Shown here: positions 1 through 9,432 of the stretch, in pieces
How the letters are laid out: every line of letters begins with the position of its first letter
Numbering within the stretch: position 1 is the stretch's first letter
Source of the DNA: Dehalococcoidia bacterium
Lineage (GTDB): Bacteria > Chloroflexota > Dehalococcoidia > Bin125
NCBI GenBank assembly: GCA_022822375.1
Contig: JAJEBU010000055.1
Coordinates: forward strand, 70,695 to 134,694
DNA: 64,000 nucleotides
Direction of reading: 5' to 3'
Position numbers and translations under genes: made by a program
The notes under the pieces: model-generated
Seen by the model: only the letters and a program-made list of their open reading frames with translations
What the model was told of the DNA's origin: nothing
Database searches by the model: none

Positions 1-1409
1 GTCGCGGTACTCAGCGTCGGCGCGGGTGCGGCGGTCGTGTTCGTGACCGCCTGGTTGGTAAAGGATGCTGCGTCGCGGTTGTTACGGCTTTCAATGCGCG
101 GCGGTGAAGCCGGTTGGACGTAAGACACGGTGATCGTGTTGTCGGCGTCTATCGGTGTTGAGAGCGTGAGTGTGACCACCTTGCCAGAAAAGGATACGGC
201 GGAGACCGTAGTGTCCTGAACGCCGCTGATACTGAAGGCACTGGCCGGCGCGACATTCTTGAGCGGCTGATCAAACGTCAAGGTGAGCGTGGAGGCGTTG
301 ACGGACGCTGAGGACAGAGTCGGATTGCTATCGGGTGTGTCGCTGGTGAACAGTTGATTATAGAAATCGCTGACTTGCTGCGCGCCATCGGCTTGCTGCA
401 ACGGAGATGCGGCCGGTTGTACATAGTCCAGAGTGTACGTAGGCGAGTGGCGGGAGAGCACCACGTTGTCAGTCGTCAGGACAACAGTGCTGCCGGAGAT
501 CGCGACGGCGCTCACGCTCGGAGGATCATTGACGCCAAGAATGGTGAACGCCGACCCGTCCGGTACGCTGTCCTCATCGAGCGGCTCGGAGAACGTGAGT
601 GAAATCTGGTCCCAGAGCGCAGAGATGGACGTGAGGTTGGGTGGACTGTCCACGTTGTTTGTAACGGTGCGCGCTGCCCACGATGCAACGTGGAGCATAC
701 CTTGATCAGCGTCCTGGAGAGGATAGTCCTCGCTGCCCTGGGTTTGATCGTACGCTAGGGTCACCGTTTGGCCTTCGGCGATGCCATCCCCCGAGAGCGG
801 TAAGTCGATGCGTGAGGGCGGGTCTGCGTGACGGATCATGTCATTGATGTCTACGGGCGAGCCGTTCGCCCGCAGGGTGAATGCGGAAAAGTCGGACCAT
901 TGATAACTCACGTCGGCGACAGATTCGCAGAAGTGGATGTAGACATAGTCGCCTTCGGTGTCCGTGCTGATAGAGGTCACGACCGGTGCGGCGTCAGTCG
1001 TATTGTCGACCGAATGGCCGCTGAACGCCGCGACGGTGCCGCCGCCGACTCCAATCAATGATGACGCGGCTGCGGAGTAACTGGCCGAAACGTCCGAGGC
1101 GGTGCACTGTGCGTCTGGGATCGCCTCGGATAGGGTGAGGATGACGTCGGCGCCACTGATCGTTGCAGTGTTGACGGTATGGGCGGCTGCGCCCAGCGTG
1201 ATACTGAAGTCGGACGCGACGACGGTACTCTGCGATGCCAGTGATTCGCTGAGCGAGAGGGTCACCGTCGTGGCGTGGGCACTGGCGGATGTGACGGTCG
1301 GAGCCGACTGCGTGGCGCCCCGAGACAAGGATGCGCTCACTGCGATCAGCAGCAGGAACAGGGCTCCAGTACGCGCCGGGCTGCGAGGTGGAATGAGCAG
1401 GAAGCGGAT
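1..1409 (-). CDS. secreted/cell-surface protein with tandem Ig-like (SwmB-type) repeats; 3' end beyond window, start codon unresolved
   Basis: Minus-strand frame is open from nt 1 up to the TAG at 1431-1433 (checked codon by codon). It is absent from the ORF track because it has no in-window stop and no ATG/GTG/TTG before the signal peptide. Translation starts ...IRFLLIPPRSPARTGALFLLLIAVSASLS (signal-peptide-like). At least four ~100-aa beta-rich repeats follow (e.g. LTSISALWDQISLTFSEPL...FTILG...VSAVAISGSTVVLT; SSASVNASTLTLTFDQPL...FSISG...VSAVSFSGKVVTLTL). Family assignment by eye only. Confidence 0.6.
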   Translation of the reverse strand, partial: MRFLLIPPRSPARTGALFLLLIAVSASLSRGATQSAPTVTSASAHATTVTLSLSESLASQSTVVASDFSITLGAAAHTVNTATISGADVILTLSEAIPDAQCTASDVSASYSAAASSLIGVGGGTVAAFSGHSVDNTTDAAPVVTSISTDTEGDYVYIHFCESVADVSYQWSDFSAFTLRANGSPVDINDMIRHADPPSRIDLPLSGDGIAEGQTVTLAYDQTQGSEDYPLQDADQGMLHVASWAARTVTNNVDSPPNLTSISALWDQISLTFSEPLDEDSVPDGSAFTILGVNDPPSVSAVAISGSTVVLTTDNVVLSRHSPTYTLDYVQPAASPLQQADGAQQVSDFYNQLFTSDTPDSNPTLSSASVNASTLTLTFDQPLKNVAPASAFSISGVQDTTVSAVSFSGKVVTLTLSTPIDADNTITVSYVQPASPPRIESRNNRDAASFTNQAVTNTTAAPAPTLSTA

Positions 1410-1430
1410 GTGAGCACGCGAGTGCCGCGT

Positions 1431-2207
1431 CTAGCGGCCTGTCCAGTTGGGCGGTCGTTTCTCAACGAAGGCGAGCGGACCTTCAGTTGCATCTTCGGAG
1501 TTGAGTACCGTGCGGCTGACCCATTGACCGACGCGGTAGGACTCGTCGATCTGGAGCTGGCGCCATTGCTGAGCCATGAACTTTGTGCCTTCGACCGCCA
1601 ACGGTGCGTTCGCGGCGATCATCTCCGCGATCTCGACGGCGCGGGGCATCAGCTCGTCCGCCTGGTGCACTTCGCGGATCAGCCCCATTCGCAACGCTTC
1701 CTCGGGTTCGATGCGGTCGGCGGTGAGCATGATGTAGAGCGCATCACCGATCGGCAGCATCCTGGCGAGGTGATGAATCGCATAGCCAGGCAAGATGCCG
1801 CGTTTCACTTCGAATAGGCCAAAGTAGGCGTCGGTCGAGGCAATCCGGATGTCGCAATCGAGCGCGCGTTCGAGTCCACCGGCAATGCAGAGTCCATTGA
1901 TTGCGGCGATGAACGGCTTGCGAGCGCGGGAGAACGGCATTGACTCATCGAGGTCGTAGCCCATGGTGTCGCGCAACCCGTCACGCGCCTGATTGCCCTC
2001 GTTCATTTCCTTCAGGTCAGCGCCGGCGCAGAACGCCCGCCCGGCGCCCGTCAGAATGCCCACGCGCATCTCAGGGTCGGACTCCAGGTCGTCTACAGCT
2101 TCAACCATCAGCCGACGGAGATCGCCACCGAGCGCGTTGAGTCGCTCTGGGCGATTCATCGTCAGGACTGCGTAATGGTCGAACTTTTCGTAGATGAGGT
2201 CTGGCAT
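1431..2207 (-). CDS. enoyl-CoA hydratase/isomerase (crotonase) family protein
   Basis: 258-aa ORF. MNRPERLNAL, GAGRAFCAGADL and INGLCIAGGLE motifs are typical of the crotonase fold. Confidence 0.9.
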   Translation of the reverse strand: MPDLIYEKFDHYAVLTMNRPERLNALGGDLRRLMVEAVDDLESDPEMRVGILTGAGRAFCAGADLKEMNEGNQARDGLRDTMGYDLDESMPFSRARKPFIAAINGLCIAGGLERALDCDIRIASTDAYFGLFEVKRGILPGYAIHHLARMLPIGDALYIMLTADRIEPEEALRMGLIREVHQADELMPRAVEIAEMIAANAPLAVEGTKFMAQQWRQLQIDESYRVGQWVSRTVLNSEDATEGPLAFVEKRPPNWTGR

Positions 2208-2219
2208 GGCTCGTGTTTC

Positions 2220-3005
2220 CTACAGTGCAGCGAGCGTGTCCCGCATGTCGCGGTCGTCGACGATGTTGCCGGTGTAGGACGGCGGTTGGCTGGCGATCCA
2301 GACGGTGGCGCGCGCCATCCACTCTGCGTCTTCAAACTCGGTCTGCGGCTGCTCCGGCGTGGTCAGCGCGTACCAGTGTCCCGGCGTTTTGATTAAGTAG
2401 CGCAGCGTCAGGACATTACAGGCAATCTGCTCGGACTGCAGTTCCATGGCCCAGCCTTGCGTGATGCGTTCAAGGCCGGCCTTCACCATCCCGTAGAACT
2501 GACCGCCTGCGCGCGGGTCGTCATACGGACCGGGGCCAGGCATATCGGCGGCGCCGGACGAGATGTTGATGATGTCGCCGCCGTTCTCCTTCATGTACGG
2601 AAGCGCCGCTTTGGCGAGCAGGATCGGACCGCGCAGATCGAGCTGCCAGATCAGATCAATGTGGCGTGCCTGCGATGTCTCAAGCGTGCCGGGAACGAGC
2701 ACGGCGGCGTTGTTGACCAGAATGTCGAGGCCGCCCAGTTCAGAGGCCGTTTGTTCGACGGCGCGCGCGATGGAGTCCGGATCGCGTACGTCAAGGACAA
2801 CGGGAACAGCCGTGCCGCCGGCATTGTTGATCTCCTCGGACACGGTACGAATGGTTCCAGGCAAGCGTGGGTCGGGCGACGCTTCGTCGGAGCGTGCTGC
2901 GACGGCGACGGCGGCGCCGTGCGCTGCAAGTTCGCGTGCGATGTCGGCGCCGATGCCTCGGCTGGAGCCGGTCACGAGTGCCTTGCGGCCGTCGAGCAAT
3001 GCCAT
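2220..3005 (-). CDS. SDR-family oxidoreductase
   Basis: 261-aa ORF. Rossmann motif VTGSSRGIG, NNAA, catalytic YGMVK (YxxxK). Confidence 0.9.
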   Translation of the reverse strand: MALLDGRKALVTGSSRGIGADIARELAAHGAAVAVAARSDEASPDPRLPGTIRTVSEEINNAGGTAVPVVLDVRDPDSIARAVEQTASELGGLDILVNNAAVLVPGTLETSQARHIDLIWQLDLRGPILLAKAALPYMKENGGDIINISSGAADMPGPGPYDDPRAGGQFYGMVKAGLERITQGWAMELQSEQIACNVLTLRYLIKTPGHWYALTTPEQPQTEFEDAEWMARATVWIASQPPSYTGNIVDDRDMRDTLAAL

Positions 3006-3113
3006 GGATTTCCCCTTCGGAGCCTGTGCGCAAGACGCGCGGCGCGTAGGCTAACAGGTCCGATTCTTGAGTCGACGCGAGGGTGTATCGCCAGACCTTG
3101 ACGATTGGACTCT

Positions 3114-4649
3114 CTAGTCGTCCAGCTTCCGCATCTGCGGAAAGAGGATGACATCGCGGATCGATGGGGAGTTCGTCAGCAGCATGGCGAGTCGGTCCAT
3201 GCCCATACCGAGCCCGCCTGTCGGGGGCATCCCGTGCTCGAGCGCAATCAGGAAGTCCTCGTCCATCTGCTCGGCCTCGTCGTCGCCGGCGGCCTTGAGC
3301 TGAACCTGTTCCTCGAACCGCCCGCGCTGGTCAACGGGGTCGTTCAGCTCCGTGTAGGCGTTCGCCAGCTCCCAACCGCCGACAAACAGCTCGAAACGCT
3401 CGACGAGCGTCTCGTCGTATTCCGTTTTCTTGGCCAGCGGCGAGATCGCGAGTGGATAGTCCAGTAGGAACGTCGGTTGCTGCAAGTTCGGCTCGACCCG
3501 CTCAGAGACGAGCTCATCAAACAGCTTGCCCCAGCCGGCGTCGGGCGGAATTGCGACGCCGCACTCGCGCAGGAGTCCTTCCATCGCGTCGACGGTCGGG
3601 AAGTCGCGGAAGTCGACGCCGACGAACTCCTGCACTGCCTCGACCATCGTGATTCGGCGGAATGGGGCGGTGAAGTCGATCTCGTCCCCGCGCCAGGGGA
3701 CGGTCGTCAAACCAGTCACGTCCAGCGCTATCCGCGGGAGCGCGGCTTCCAGCATGTTGGCGACGCCGTGGTAATCAGTGTAGGCCTCGTAGCTCTCGAG
3801 CATCGTGAACTCAGGGTTCCAACGGTTGCCGATGCCCTCGTTGCGGAACACGCGGCCGATCTCGTAGACCTTGTCGAAGCCGCCGACGATCAACCGCTTC
3901 AGGTGCAGCTCGAGCGCGATCCGCAGTTGCCGCGGCTCGTCAAGCGCATTGAGATGGGTCAGGAACGGACGCGCTGCGGCGCCGCCTGCCTCTCGCTGCA
4001 GGACCGGCGTCTCGACCTCGAGGAAGCCGCGCTCGTCCATGAAGCGCCGCATCGCCGAGACGATCTGCGAGCGTTTGCGCAGGACATCCTTCGCCTCGTC
4101 GTTGGCGATCAGGTCGAGGTACCGCTGGCGGTAACGGATCTCGATGTCGGTCAGTCCGTGGAACTTCTCGGGCGGCGGACGCAGCGACTTGCCGAGCATG
4201 CCGACCGAGTCTGCCTGCACCGACACTTCACCCAATCTCGTGCGGATCAGCGGACCGGACGCCTCGAGGAAGTCACCCAGATCAAGCTGCTCAAGCAACG
4301 GCCACTGATCGCCCAATGCGCGCCTGCTGGCCAAGACCTGGATTTGGCCGCTGTCGTCGGTCAGGTCGAGGAAGGCGATGCGTCCCATGTTGCGGATTGC
4401 GGAAATCCGCCCGGCGACGGTCACCGTGAGGCCTTGCGCCGCATCATTGCGGTCATCTGCGTGATCCGCCTCGTGCTGCTCGAAGATCGCGCGGGCCGCG
4501 CCGATGCTGTGCGTGCGCGCGGTGCGCGGCGGAAACGGATCGATGCCCGCCACGCGCAGCTCGGCGGTCTTGGCGAGGCGTTCGTTGATCAGACTGCGCA
4601 GGCCGCCCGCGGCTGCTTCGACGTTCGGTTCCGGCTCGCTCTCGCTCAT
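3114..4649 (-). CDS. lysS: lysine--tRNA ligase (class II)
   Basis: 511-aa ORF. N-terminal OB-fold (VTVAGRISAIRNMGRIAFLDL). Class II motifs FRNEGI...NPEFT and GGLGMGMDRL. GAGGAG run 8 nt upstream of the ATG. Confidence 0.95.
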   Translation of the reverse strand: MSESEPEPNVEAAAGGLRSLINERLAKTAELRVAGIDPFPPRTARTHSIGAARAIFEQHEADHADDRNDAAQGLTVTVAGRISAIRNMGRIAFLDLTDDSGQIQVLASRRALGDQWPLLEQLDLGDFLEASGPLIRTRLGEVSVQADSVGMLGKSLRPPPEKFHGLTDIEIRYRQRYLDLIANDEAKDVLRKRSQIVSAMRRFMDERGFLEVETPVLQREAGGAAARPFLTHLNALDEPRQLRIALELHLKRLIVGGFDKVYEIGRVFRNEGIGNRWNPEFTMLESYEAYTDYHGVANMLEAALPRIALDVTGLTTVPWRGDEIDFTAPFRRITMVEAVQEFVGVDFRDFPTVDAMEGLLRECGVAIPPDAGWGKLFDELVSERVEPNLQQPTFLLDYPLAISPLAKKTEYDETLVERFELFVGGWELANAYTELNDPVDQRGRFEEQVQLKAAGDDEAEQMDEDFLIALEHGMPPTGGLGMGMDRLAMLLTNSPSIRDVILFPQMRKLDD

Positions 4650-4686
4650 TGGTCGTGCTCCTCGATTGGCGCGCGATGATCCTGCG

Positions 4687-4727
4687 GCGGTCTTCCGACT
4701 GCCGCTGGTGGCCGCGCGGAAGACCGC
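4687..4727 (-). other. intercistronic hairpin between greA and lysS (11-bp perfect stem, 19-nt loop)
   Basis: GCGGTCTTCCG (4687-4697) is the exact reverse complement of CGGAAGACCGC (4717-4727). It starts 6 nt after the greA stop. No U-tract follows. Confidence 0.5.
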
Positions 4728-4733
4728 GGTCGT

Positions 4734-5213
4734 CTAAGAAATGGCCTTGACCTTGAACTTGCGCAGGCCCGACGGGGTCTCGACCGCGACAGTGTCGCCG
4801 ACCTTGGCCCCCAACAGCGCCTTGCCGACCGGCGACTCATCGGACAGCTTGCGTGCTTTCGGGTCTCCTTCGGCCGGGCCCACGATGCGGTACTCGACAT
4901 CGGTGCGTTTGGGCAGCGGACGAACGACCACCGTCGATCCGACGATGACGGTGTCAGAGTCTTTGAGCTGGGATTCGTCAATCACCTCAGCGGCGGCGAC
5001 GATCGCCTCGATCTCGCGGATGCGACCGACGATGAACCCTTGCTGGTCGCGCGTCTCGATGCCTTCGCCCTCGTCGCGTGCGCCGGGCGAGTCGTCACGC
5101 GTCTGCTGAATCAGCTCAGCGGCTTCGCGCCGCCGCCGTTGCAGCTGGGAGAGCTCGTCTTGCAACTTCTCCAGACCCTCTGCTGTGATCGGAACCGATC
5201 GTCTGGTCACCAC
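4734..5213 (-). CDS. greA: transcription elongation factor GreA
   Basis: 159-aa ORF. N-terminal coiled coil (LEKLQDELSQLQRRRRE). C-terminal domain YRIVG...KLSDESPVGKALLGAKVGD. Confidence 0.95.
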   Translation of the reverse strand: MVTRRSVPITAEGLEKLQDELSQLQRRRREAAELIQQTRDDSPGARDEGEGIETRDQQGFIVGRIREIEAIVAAAEVIDESQLKDSDTVIVGSTVVVRPLPKRTDVEYRIVGPAEGDPKARKLSDESPVGKALLGAKVGDTVAVETPSGLRKFKVKAIS

Positions 5214-5305
5214 GTTGTCCGCCTGACTACGCGCTTGAGCTTTGGCAGGATACGATAACAGTCAAGGCCAATCACTCGCCCATTACACCGAAACTACGCT
5301 GTAAC

Positions 5306-6502
5306 GTGCGTCACACAGCCGCGCTCACGCTGGGTTCTGGATTGATCGGCGCTGTCGTCGCGGCGCTGATCAGTGCGCTGATGCTCTCGGGCAGCGACGA
5401 GTCGAACGACGGCGATCTGCAATCCGCCATCGCAGACGCGGTGCAGTCCGCGATGGCGGAGACCGTCGCCGACGTGATCGACGAGCGGCTGCAGCGCTCG
5501 GATGATCAGGCTGCCGCACGGCTCGCCGAAGCCATGGCATCACAGCGCACACTCGTTGCGAGCGCCTTCGAGGCAGTCGCGCCGTCTGTGGTCCTGATCG
5601 ACGCGGAGGGTCCGGAGCGGGTCAATGAGGAAGGCGTCGCCGTGGTCAGTGCGGCGCTGGCGACCGGGTTCTTGCTCGACGATCAGGGTCACGTCGTGAC
5701 CGCGGCGCATGTATTGGACGGCATGACCAGCGTCACGGTGGTTCTACCCAGCGGCGATCGACGCGAGGCGCAGCAGATTGGCGATGATCGGCCGTTCTCT
5801 GACGTGGGCGTGCTGCGCTTCCAGCCTGAAGCGTCGGACGAGCTGGCCGTGCCGACCTTTGGCGAGGACCGCCGCGTTGACTTCGGTGAGACCGTTCTGG
5901 CGATTGGCAATACGCTGATGGGCAGCGACCTCGCGGTCACCGTCGGCGTCGTCAGCGACCCCGACACCACGTTCTTTCGCGAGCGCTATGAGCAGGTTCA
6001 GCTGATTCAGACCGATGCGGCGCTCAATCACGGCAACTCGGGCGGCGTGTTGGTCGACCTCGACGGCGTCATCGTGGGGATGCCGGCAGTGATCGCCCGC
6101 GCCACGCACGAGGGCGGCTTCGTCGACGGCGTGGGCTTCGCGCTGCAGATCGTTCCCGTGCTCGAGATCGCCAGGACGATCGCGGCCGAGGGGTTCTATC
6201 CCCGCGCGAGCTTTGGCGTGGTCGACGAACGCCTGCTCAATCCAACAGCGGCCGCGCAGCTGGACCTGGGCGTGTCGGAGGGATCGTTCTTGATCGAGCT
6301 GGAACGACAGGGCGCCTTCGCGCGGGCGGGGATCCGTCCCGGCGACGTGCTGCGGCGGCTGAACGATACGCCGATCAATGCCGAAACGCCGTACCTCAAC
6401 GCGATGGCGAGTCTGGAGCCGCTCGTGCCGGCAGCCGTTCACATTTATCGCGGCGACCAGGAGTATCGGTTGCTCGTGACACCGGACCTGCGCGAGCCGT
6501 GA
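5306..6502 (+). CDS. membrane-anchored HtrA/DegP-like trypsin-family serine protease with PDZ domain
   Basis: 398-aa ORF, GTG start. N-terminal TM helix, TAAHVL (His), GNSGG (Ser), C-terminal PDZ-like GIRPGDVLRRLNDTPI. Confidence 0.85.
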   Translation: MRHTAALTLGSGLIGAVVAALISALMLSGSDESNDGDLQSAIADAVQSAMAETVADVIDERLQRSDDQAAARLAEAMASQRTLVASAFEAVAPSVVLIDAEGPERVNEEGVAVVSAALATGFLLDDQGHVVTAAHVLDGMTSVTVVLPSGDRREAQQIGDDRPFSDVGVLRFQPEASDELAVPTFGEDRRVDFGETVLAIGNTLMGSDLAVTVGVVSDPDTTFFRERYEQVQLIQTDAALNHGNSGGVLVDLDGVIVGMPAVIARATHEGGFVDGVGFALQIVPVLEIARTIAAEGFYPRASFGVVDERLLNPTAAAQLDLGVSEGSFLIELERQGAFARAGIRPGDVLRRLNDTPINAETPYLNAMASLEPLVPAAVHIYRGDQEYRLLVTPDLREP

Positions 6503-8337
6503 CGGCGCCCGGATCACCGGCCGACGGCGGATGGCAGCCGCAACCTGCCCGGCGCATTGGCGAGCCGGCCCGACGCATGCCAAGCCGTGCGCCACGTCCG
6601 CCTGCCGAAGCGGAAGCGGCGCCGTTTGAGCAGCAGCCCCCAGCGGATGCAGAAGCTCCAGCTGGCTCTCACATCGAAACGGCCGGCGGAGGCATCGGCA
6701 CGCCGCGCAGACCGTCGTCCGGCGGGCGCGGTTCCGGCTTCCTGATCATCGTCCTGATCGGCGCGTTGCTCGTCGGGCTGGTGATCGTGCTGTTCTTCGA
6801 GCCAGGCCTCGTCGAGACCGGCTTCACATCGGACGACGACGCCGACGCATCCGCCGCGTCGCAGCGCGCCGTGCTGGTCCGGGCGACGCTGATGGAGCAA
6901 GCGCCGCCGATCTCCGACCTGTTGGGCGCGGCCTCGCCGATCTATGAGATCGCCGTGCCGCCGGGACGACTGGGGCCATTCGAGTTCTCGCTGCGGTTGA
7001 CCAATCCCAGTCAGGACTCGCGCAACCTGGGCGCGTACACCTGGAATGGCGGCGACTGGGTGCGGCTGGGCGACGCTGTGCTCGCGAGCGATGGGGTGTC
7101 AGCTCGTGTTCGCCTGGCGTCAGCGCCCGACAACATCGCGATCCTGCGGCGCTTGCAGTTTCGCGACGTGATCGCTGCCCGCGTGCCGCGCGGTGAAGAG
7201 CCGCAATCGCTGCTCTCCGGATCGCTCACGCTGCTGCATCCCGACGGCTGGCGACCGGGCGCCGACGGATCGCTGCTCGGGCTGGTCGATCTGCCTGCGT
7301 CGGTGATTGCGCAGAACGTCTGGCCGACGATCTCCGCCGGCGCGGACCAGACAGAACTCGTCAATGACATCCTTGCCTCCGACAACTTGCGACGCCAACA
7401 CATCGGCAATATCCAGCATGCGATCCAGAGCGGCCAGCACGACGGCGTCGACATTCACTACCTGAACGTATCGCCAGCCCTGCGGACACAGTTCACGTCG
7501 TTCATCGCCGAGCTGGCCGACCGCCTGCATCGTGACGACCGCGGATTGTCCGTGCACATCCCGATCAATGCCTCCGGCGGCGTCGGAGAGGGTGCGTACG
7601 ACCTGTCGCAGCTCGGGGCGTCGGCCGATTTCGTCGTGATCGAGCCGCCGCTCGACCCGACGATGCACCAGGCGGCGATCGCCGCCTCATTGCCAACGCT
7701 GCTGGAGCGGATCGAGTCGAACAAACTGCTGTTGTCCTTGAAATCGAACGCCGTGGTGCGCACGTCGTCGGGATACAGCGAGATCACGCAGCGCGAGGCG
7801 TTGGGCATCGCTTCGGACCTGAGTATCCGCGAGCCGGGACCGTACACGCCGAGCTCGCGGGTGACGCTGCAGGGAGCGGCAATCATGCTGGACAACCTGT
7901 CCAGCGGGCTGCGTTGGGACGACGTCAACCGGATCGTCTCGTTCAGCTACAGCGACCAGACGGGATCGCCGGTCACGATCTACATCCATAATCGGTTCAG
8001 CGCCGCGTTCCAGATGCAAGCGGTCTCAGACTGGGAGCTGGGCGGCATCTACATCGCCAACGCCTCGGCCGATCCAGGCAACGCCAACCTCTGGCCGGCA
8101 ATCGCGGCCTTCTTCGAGTCGGGCGTTCCCGACCTGCGCCTGCCCAATGCGATCCTGTTCGACCCCGTCTTCAGCGTCGAGGACGGTGTGCTGTCGGGCA
8201 ACAGCAGTAGCGGTTGGCAGTTCTGGGAGTTGCCAACGGAAGCTGGCAGTTATCGCGCGCAGTTGGTCGTTTCCGACGGCGACGTGCGCGTCGGGCACGA
8301 GATCACCGTGCCCGTCGGCATCGAGGCGGCGCAGTAA
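6499..8337 (+). CDS. membrane-anchored GH18-like (YaaH/YdhD-type) domain protein, catalytic motif degenerate
   Basis: 612-aa ORF overlapping the protease stop (GTGA). Pro/Ala-rich N-terminus, then TM helix FLIIVLIGALLVGLVIVLFF. HDGVDIHYL sits where GH18 has DGxDxDxE. YDLSQLGASADFVVIEP resembles the GH18 core. By-eye assignment. Confidence 0.55.
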   Translation: MTAPGSPADGGWQPQPARRIGEPARRMPSRAPRPPAEAEAAPFEQQPPADAEAPAGSHIETAGGGIGTPRRPSSGGRGSGFLIIVLIGALLVGLVIVLFFEPGLVETGFTSDDDADASAASQRAVLVRATLMEQAPPISDLLGAASPIYEIAVPPGRLGPFEFSLRLTNPSQDSRNLGAYTWNGGDWVRLGDAVLASDGVSARVRLASAPDNIAILRRLQFRDVIAARVPRGEEPQSLLSGSLTLLHPDGWRPGADGSLLGLVDLPASVIAQNVWPTISAGADQTELVNDILASDNLRRQHIGNIQHAIQSGQHDGVDIHYLNVSPALRTQFTSFIAELADRLHRDDRGLSVHIPINASGGVGEGAYDLSQLGASADFVVIEPPLDPTMHQAAIAASLPTLLERIESNKLLLSLKSNAVVRTSSGYSEITQREALGIASDLSIREPGPYTPSSRVTLQGAAIMLDNLSSGLRWDDVNRIVSFSYSDQTGSPVTIYIHNRFSAAFQMQAVSDWELGGIYIANASADPGNANLWPAIAAFFESGVPDLRLPNAILFDPVFSVEDGVLSGNSSSGWQFWELPTEAGSYRAQLVVSDGDVRVGHEITVPVGIEAAQ

Positions 8338-8915
8338 TGGCGGGTCCAGCGCGAGTCTCGGGCGGTGCGCTGGCTGGCCGGCGGTTGCGCTCGCCGGCCA
8401 ACGGGACGCGCCCAGCGACGGCGTTGATTCGTTCTGCCATCTTCGACCGCACCGACATCGGCAACCTGGTCGAATCGGCTCGCGTGCTCGACTTGTATGC
8501 GGGCGCAGGTTATCTCGGCATCGAAGCGCTCAGCCGCGGCGCGGAGTACGCCGACTTCGTGGAAAAGAACGGCAACGCATGTTCCGTGATTCGACGGAAT
8601 CTGGACGAGTTGGGTCTGAGCGCGCGGGCGCGCGTGCATCGCCTGCCGGTCGAGCGTTGCTTTTCCCGGATCGCGCTGGACCCAACCCTGATCTTCGTCG
8701 ATCCGCCCTATCGCGTTGACGCGCTGCCCGTGATTGAAGCGTTTGCCGAGCGAGCGCGGTTGCCTGACGGTGTTCTGCTGGTCTGGCGGCGGCTGAACCG
8801 CAGCTCGGGCGGAGTCGCGCCGCCGCCCGAGCGGATTGGCGGACTAGTGCGGATTGACCAACGGCGCTATGGTGACGGCGCGATTGATACCTACCGCGTG
8901 GAGGCCATGACATGA
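8337..8915 (+). CDS. rsmD: 16S rRNA (guanine966-N2)-methyltransferase RsmD
   Basis: Track ORF 8214..8915 trimmed to the ATG at 8337, which overlaps the upstream TAA (TAATG). SAM motif LDLYAGAGYLGIEALSRGA and FVDPPY. Confidence 0.85.
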   Translation: MAGPARVSGGALAGRRLRSPANGTRPATALIRSAIFDRTDIGNLVESARVLDLYAGAGYLGIEALSRGAEYADFVEKNGNACSVIRRNLDELGLSARARVHRLPVERCFSRIALDPTLIFVDPPYRVDALPVIEAFAERARLPDGVLLVWRRLNRSSGGVAPPPERIGGLVRIDQRRYGDGAIDTYRVEAMT

Positions 8916-9394
8916 CGATCGCGCTCTATCCAGGCGGCTTCGACCCAATCACCAACGGGCATCTGGACATCGTCCAACGGGCGTCGGGCATGTTCGAAGA
9001 AGTGGTGATGGCGATCTATCCACGCTCCAGCGAGACCTTCAACGTCGACGAGCGGCTGGCCATGATCGAGGGCGCGACGCAGCATCTGCCCAATGTCCGC
9101 GCCGCCAAGTTCACTGGTCTGGTGGTCAACTTCGCCGATGAAGTGGGCGCGAGCGTGCTGGTGCGCGGCATCCGCGCCGTGACCGGCTTCGAAGCTGAGT
9201 TCGACATGGCGCTGATGAACAAGAAGATGGCGCCCCACATCGAATCGGTCTTCCTGATGGCGGGACACGAGCACCTGTTCATCTCGGCCAGCCGCATTCG
9301 AGAACTCGCGTCGTTGAAGCAGCCGGTCGACGATCTGGTGCCGCCCAACGTCTTTGACCTGCTGGTCGAGAAGTACGGACCGCCCAACCGCTAG
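8912..9394 (+). CDS. coaD: pantetheine-phosphate adenylyltransferase
   Basis: 160-aa ORF. YPGGFDPITNGHLDI and ISASRIREL. ATGA overlap with rsmD. Confidence 0.95.
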   Translation: MTIALYPGGFDPITNGHLDIVQRASGMFEEVVMAIYPRSSETFNVDERLAMIEGATQHLPNVRAAKFTGLVVNFADEVGASVLVRGIRAVTGFEAEFDMALMNKKMAPHIESVFLMAGHEHLFISASRIRELASLKQPVDDLVPPNVFDLLVEKYGPPNR

Positions 9395-9432
9395 CCGTCT
9401 GTCGTTCCTGCAACGGAAACTGGCGCATCATT

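Noticed and set aside
3101-3110. ACGATTGGAC 10-mer shared by the lysS-downstream spacer and the priA-upstream spacer (34800-34809)
   Set aside because: Several 10-mer coincidences are expected among the intergenic regions of this window, and there is no extended similarity.
3477-4679. Long antisense ORFs throughout the window (e.g. 3477..4679, 10271..11383, 21886..23100, 29509..31014, 33573..34772, 54470..55558, 5744..6595)
   Set aside because: Each lies opposite a gene with clear family motifs. Their translations are Arg/Ala/Gly/Pro-rich without motifs. This is expected from stop-codon depletion in high-GC DNA.
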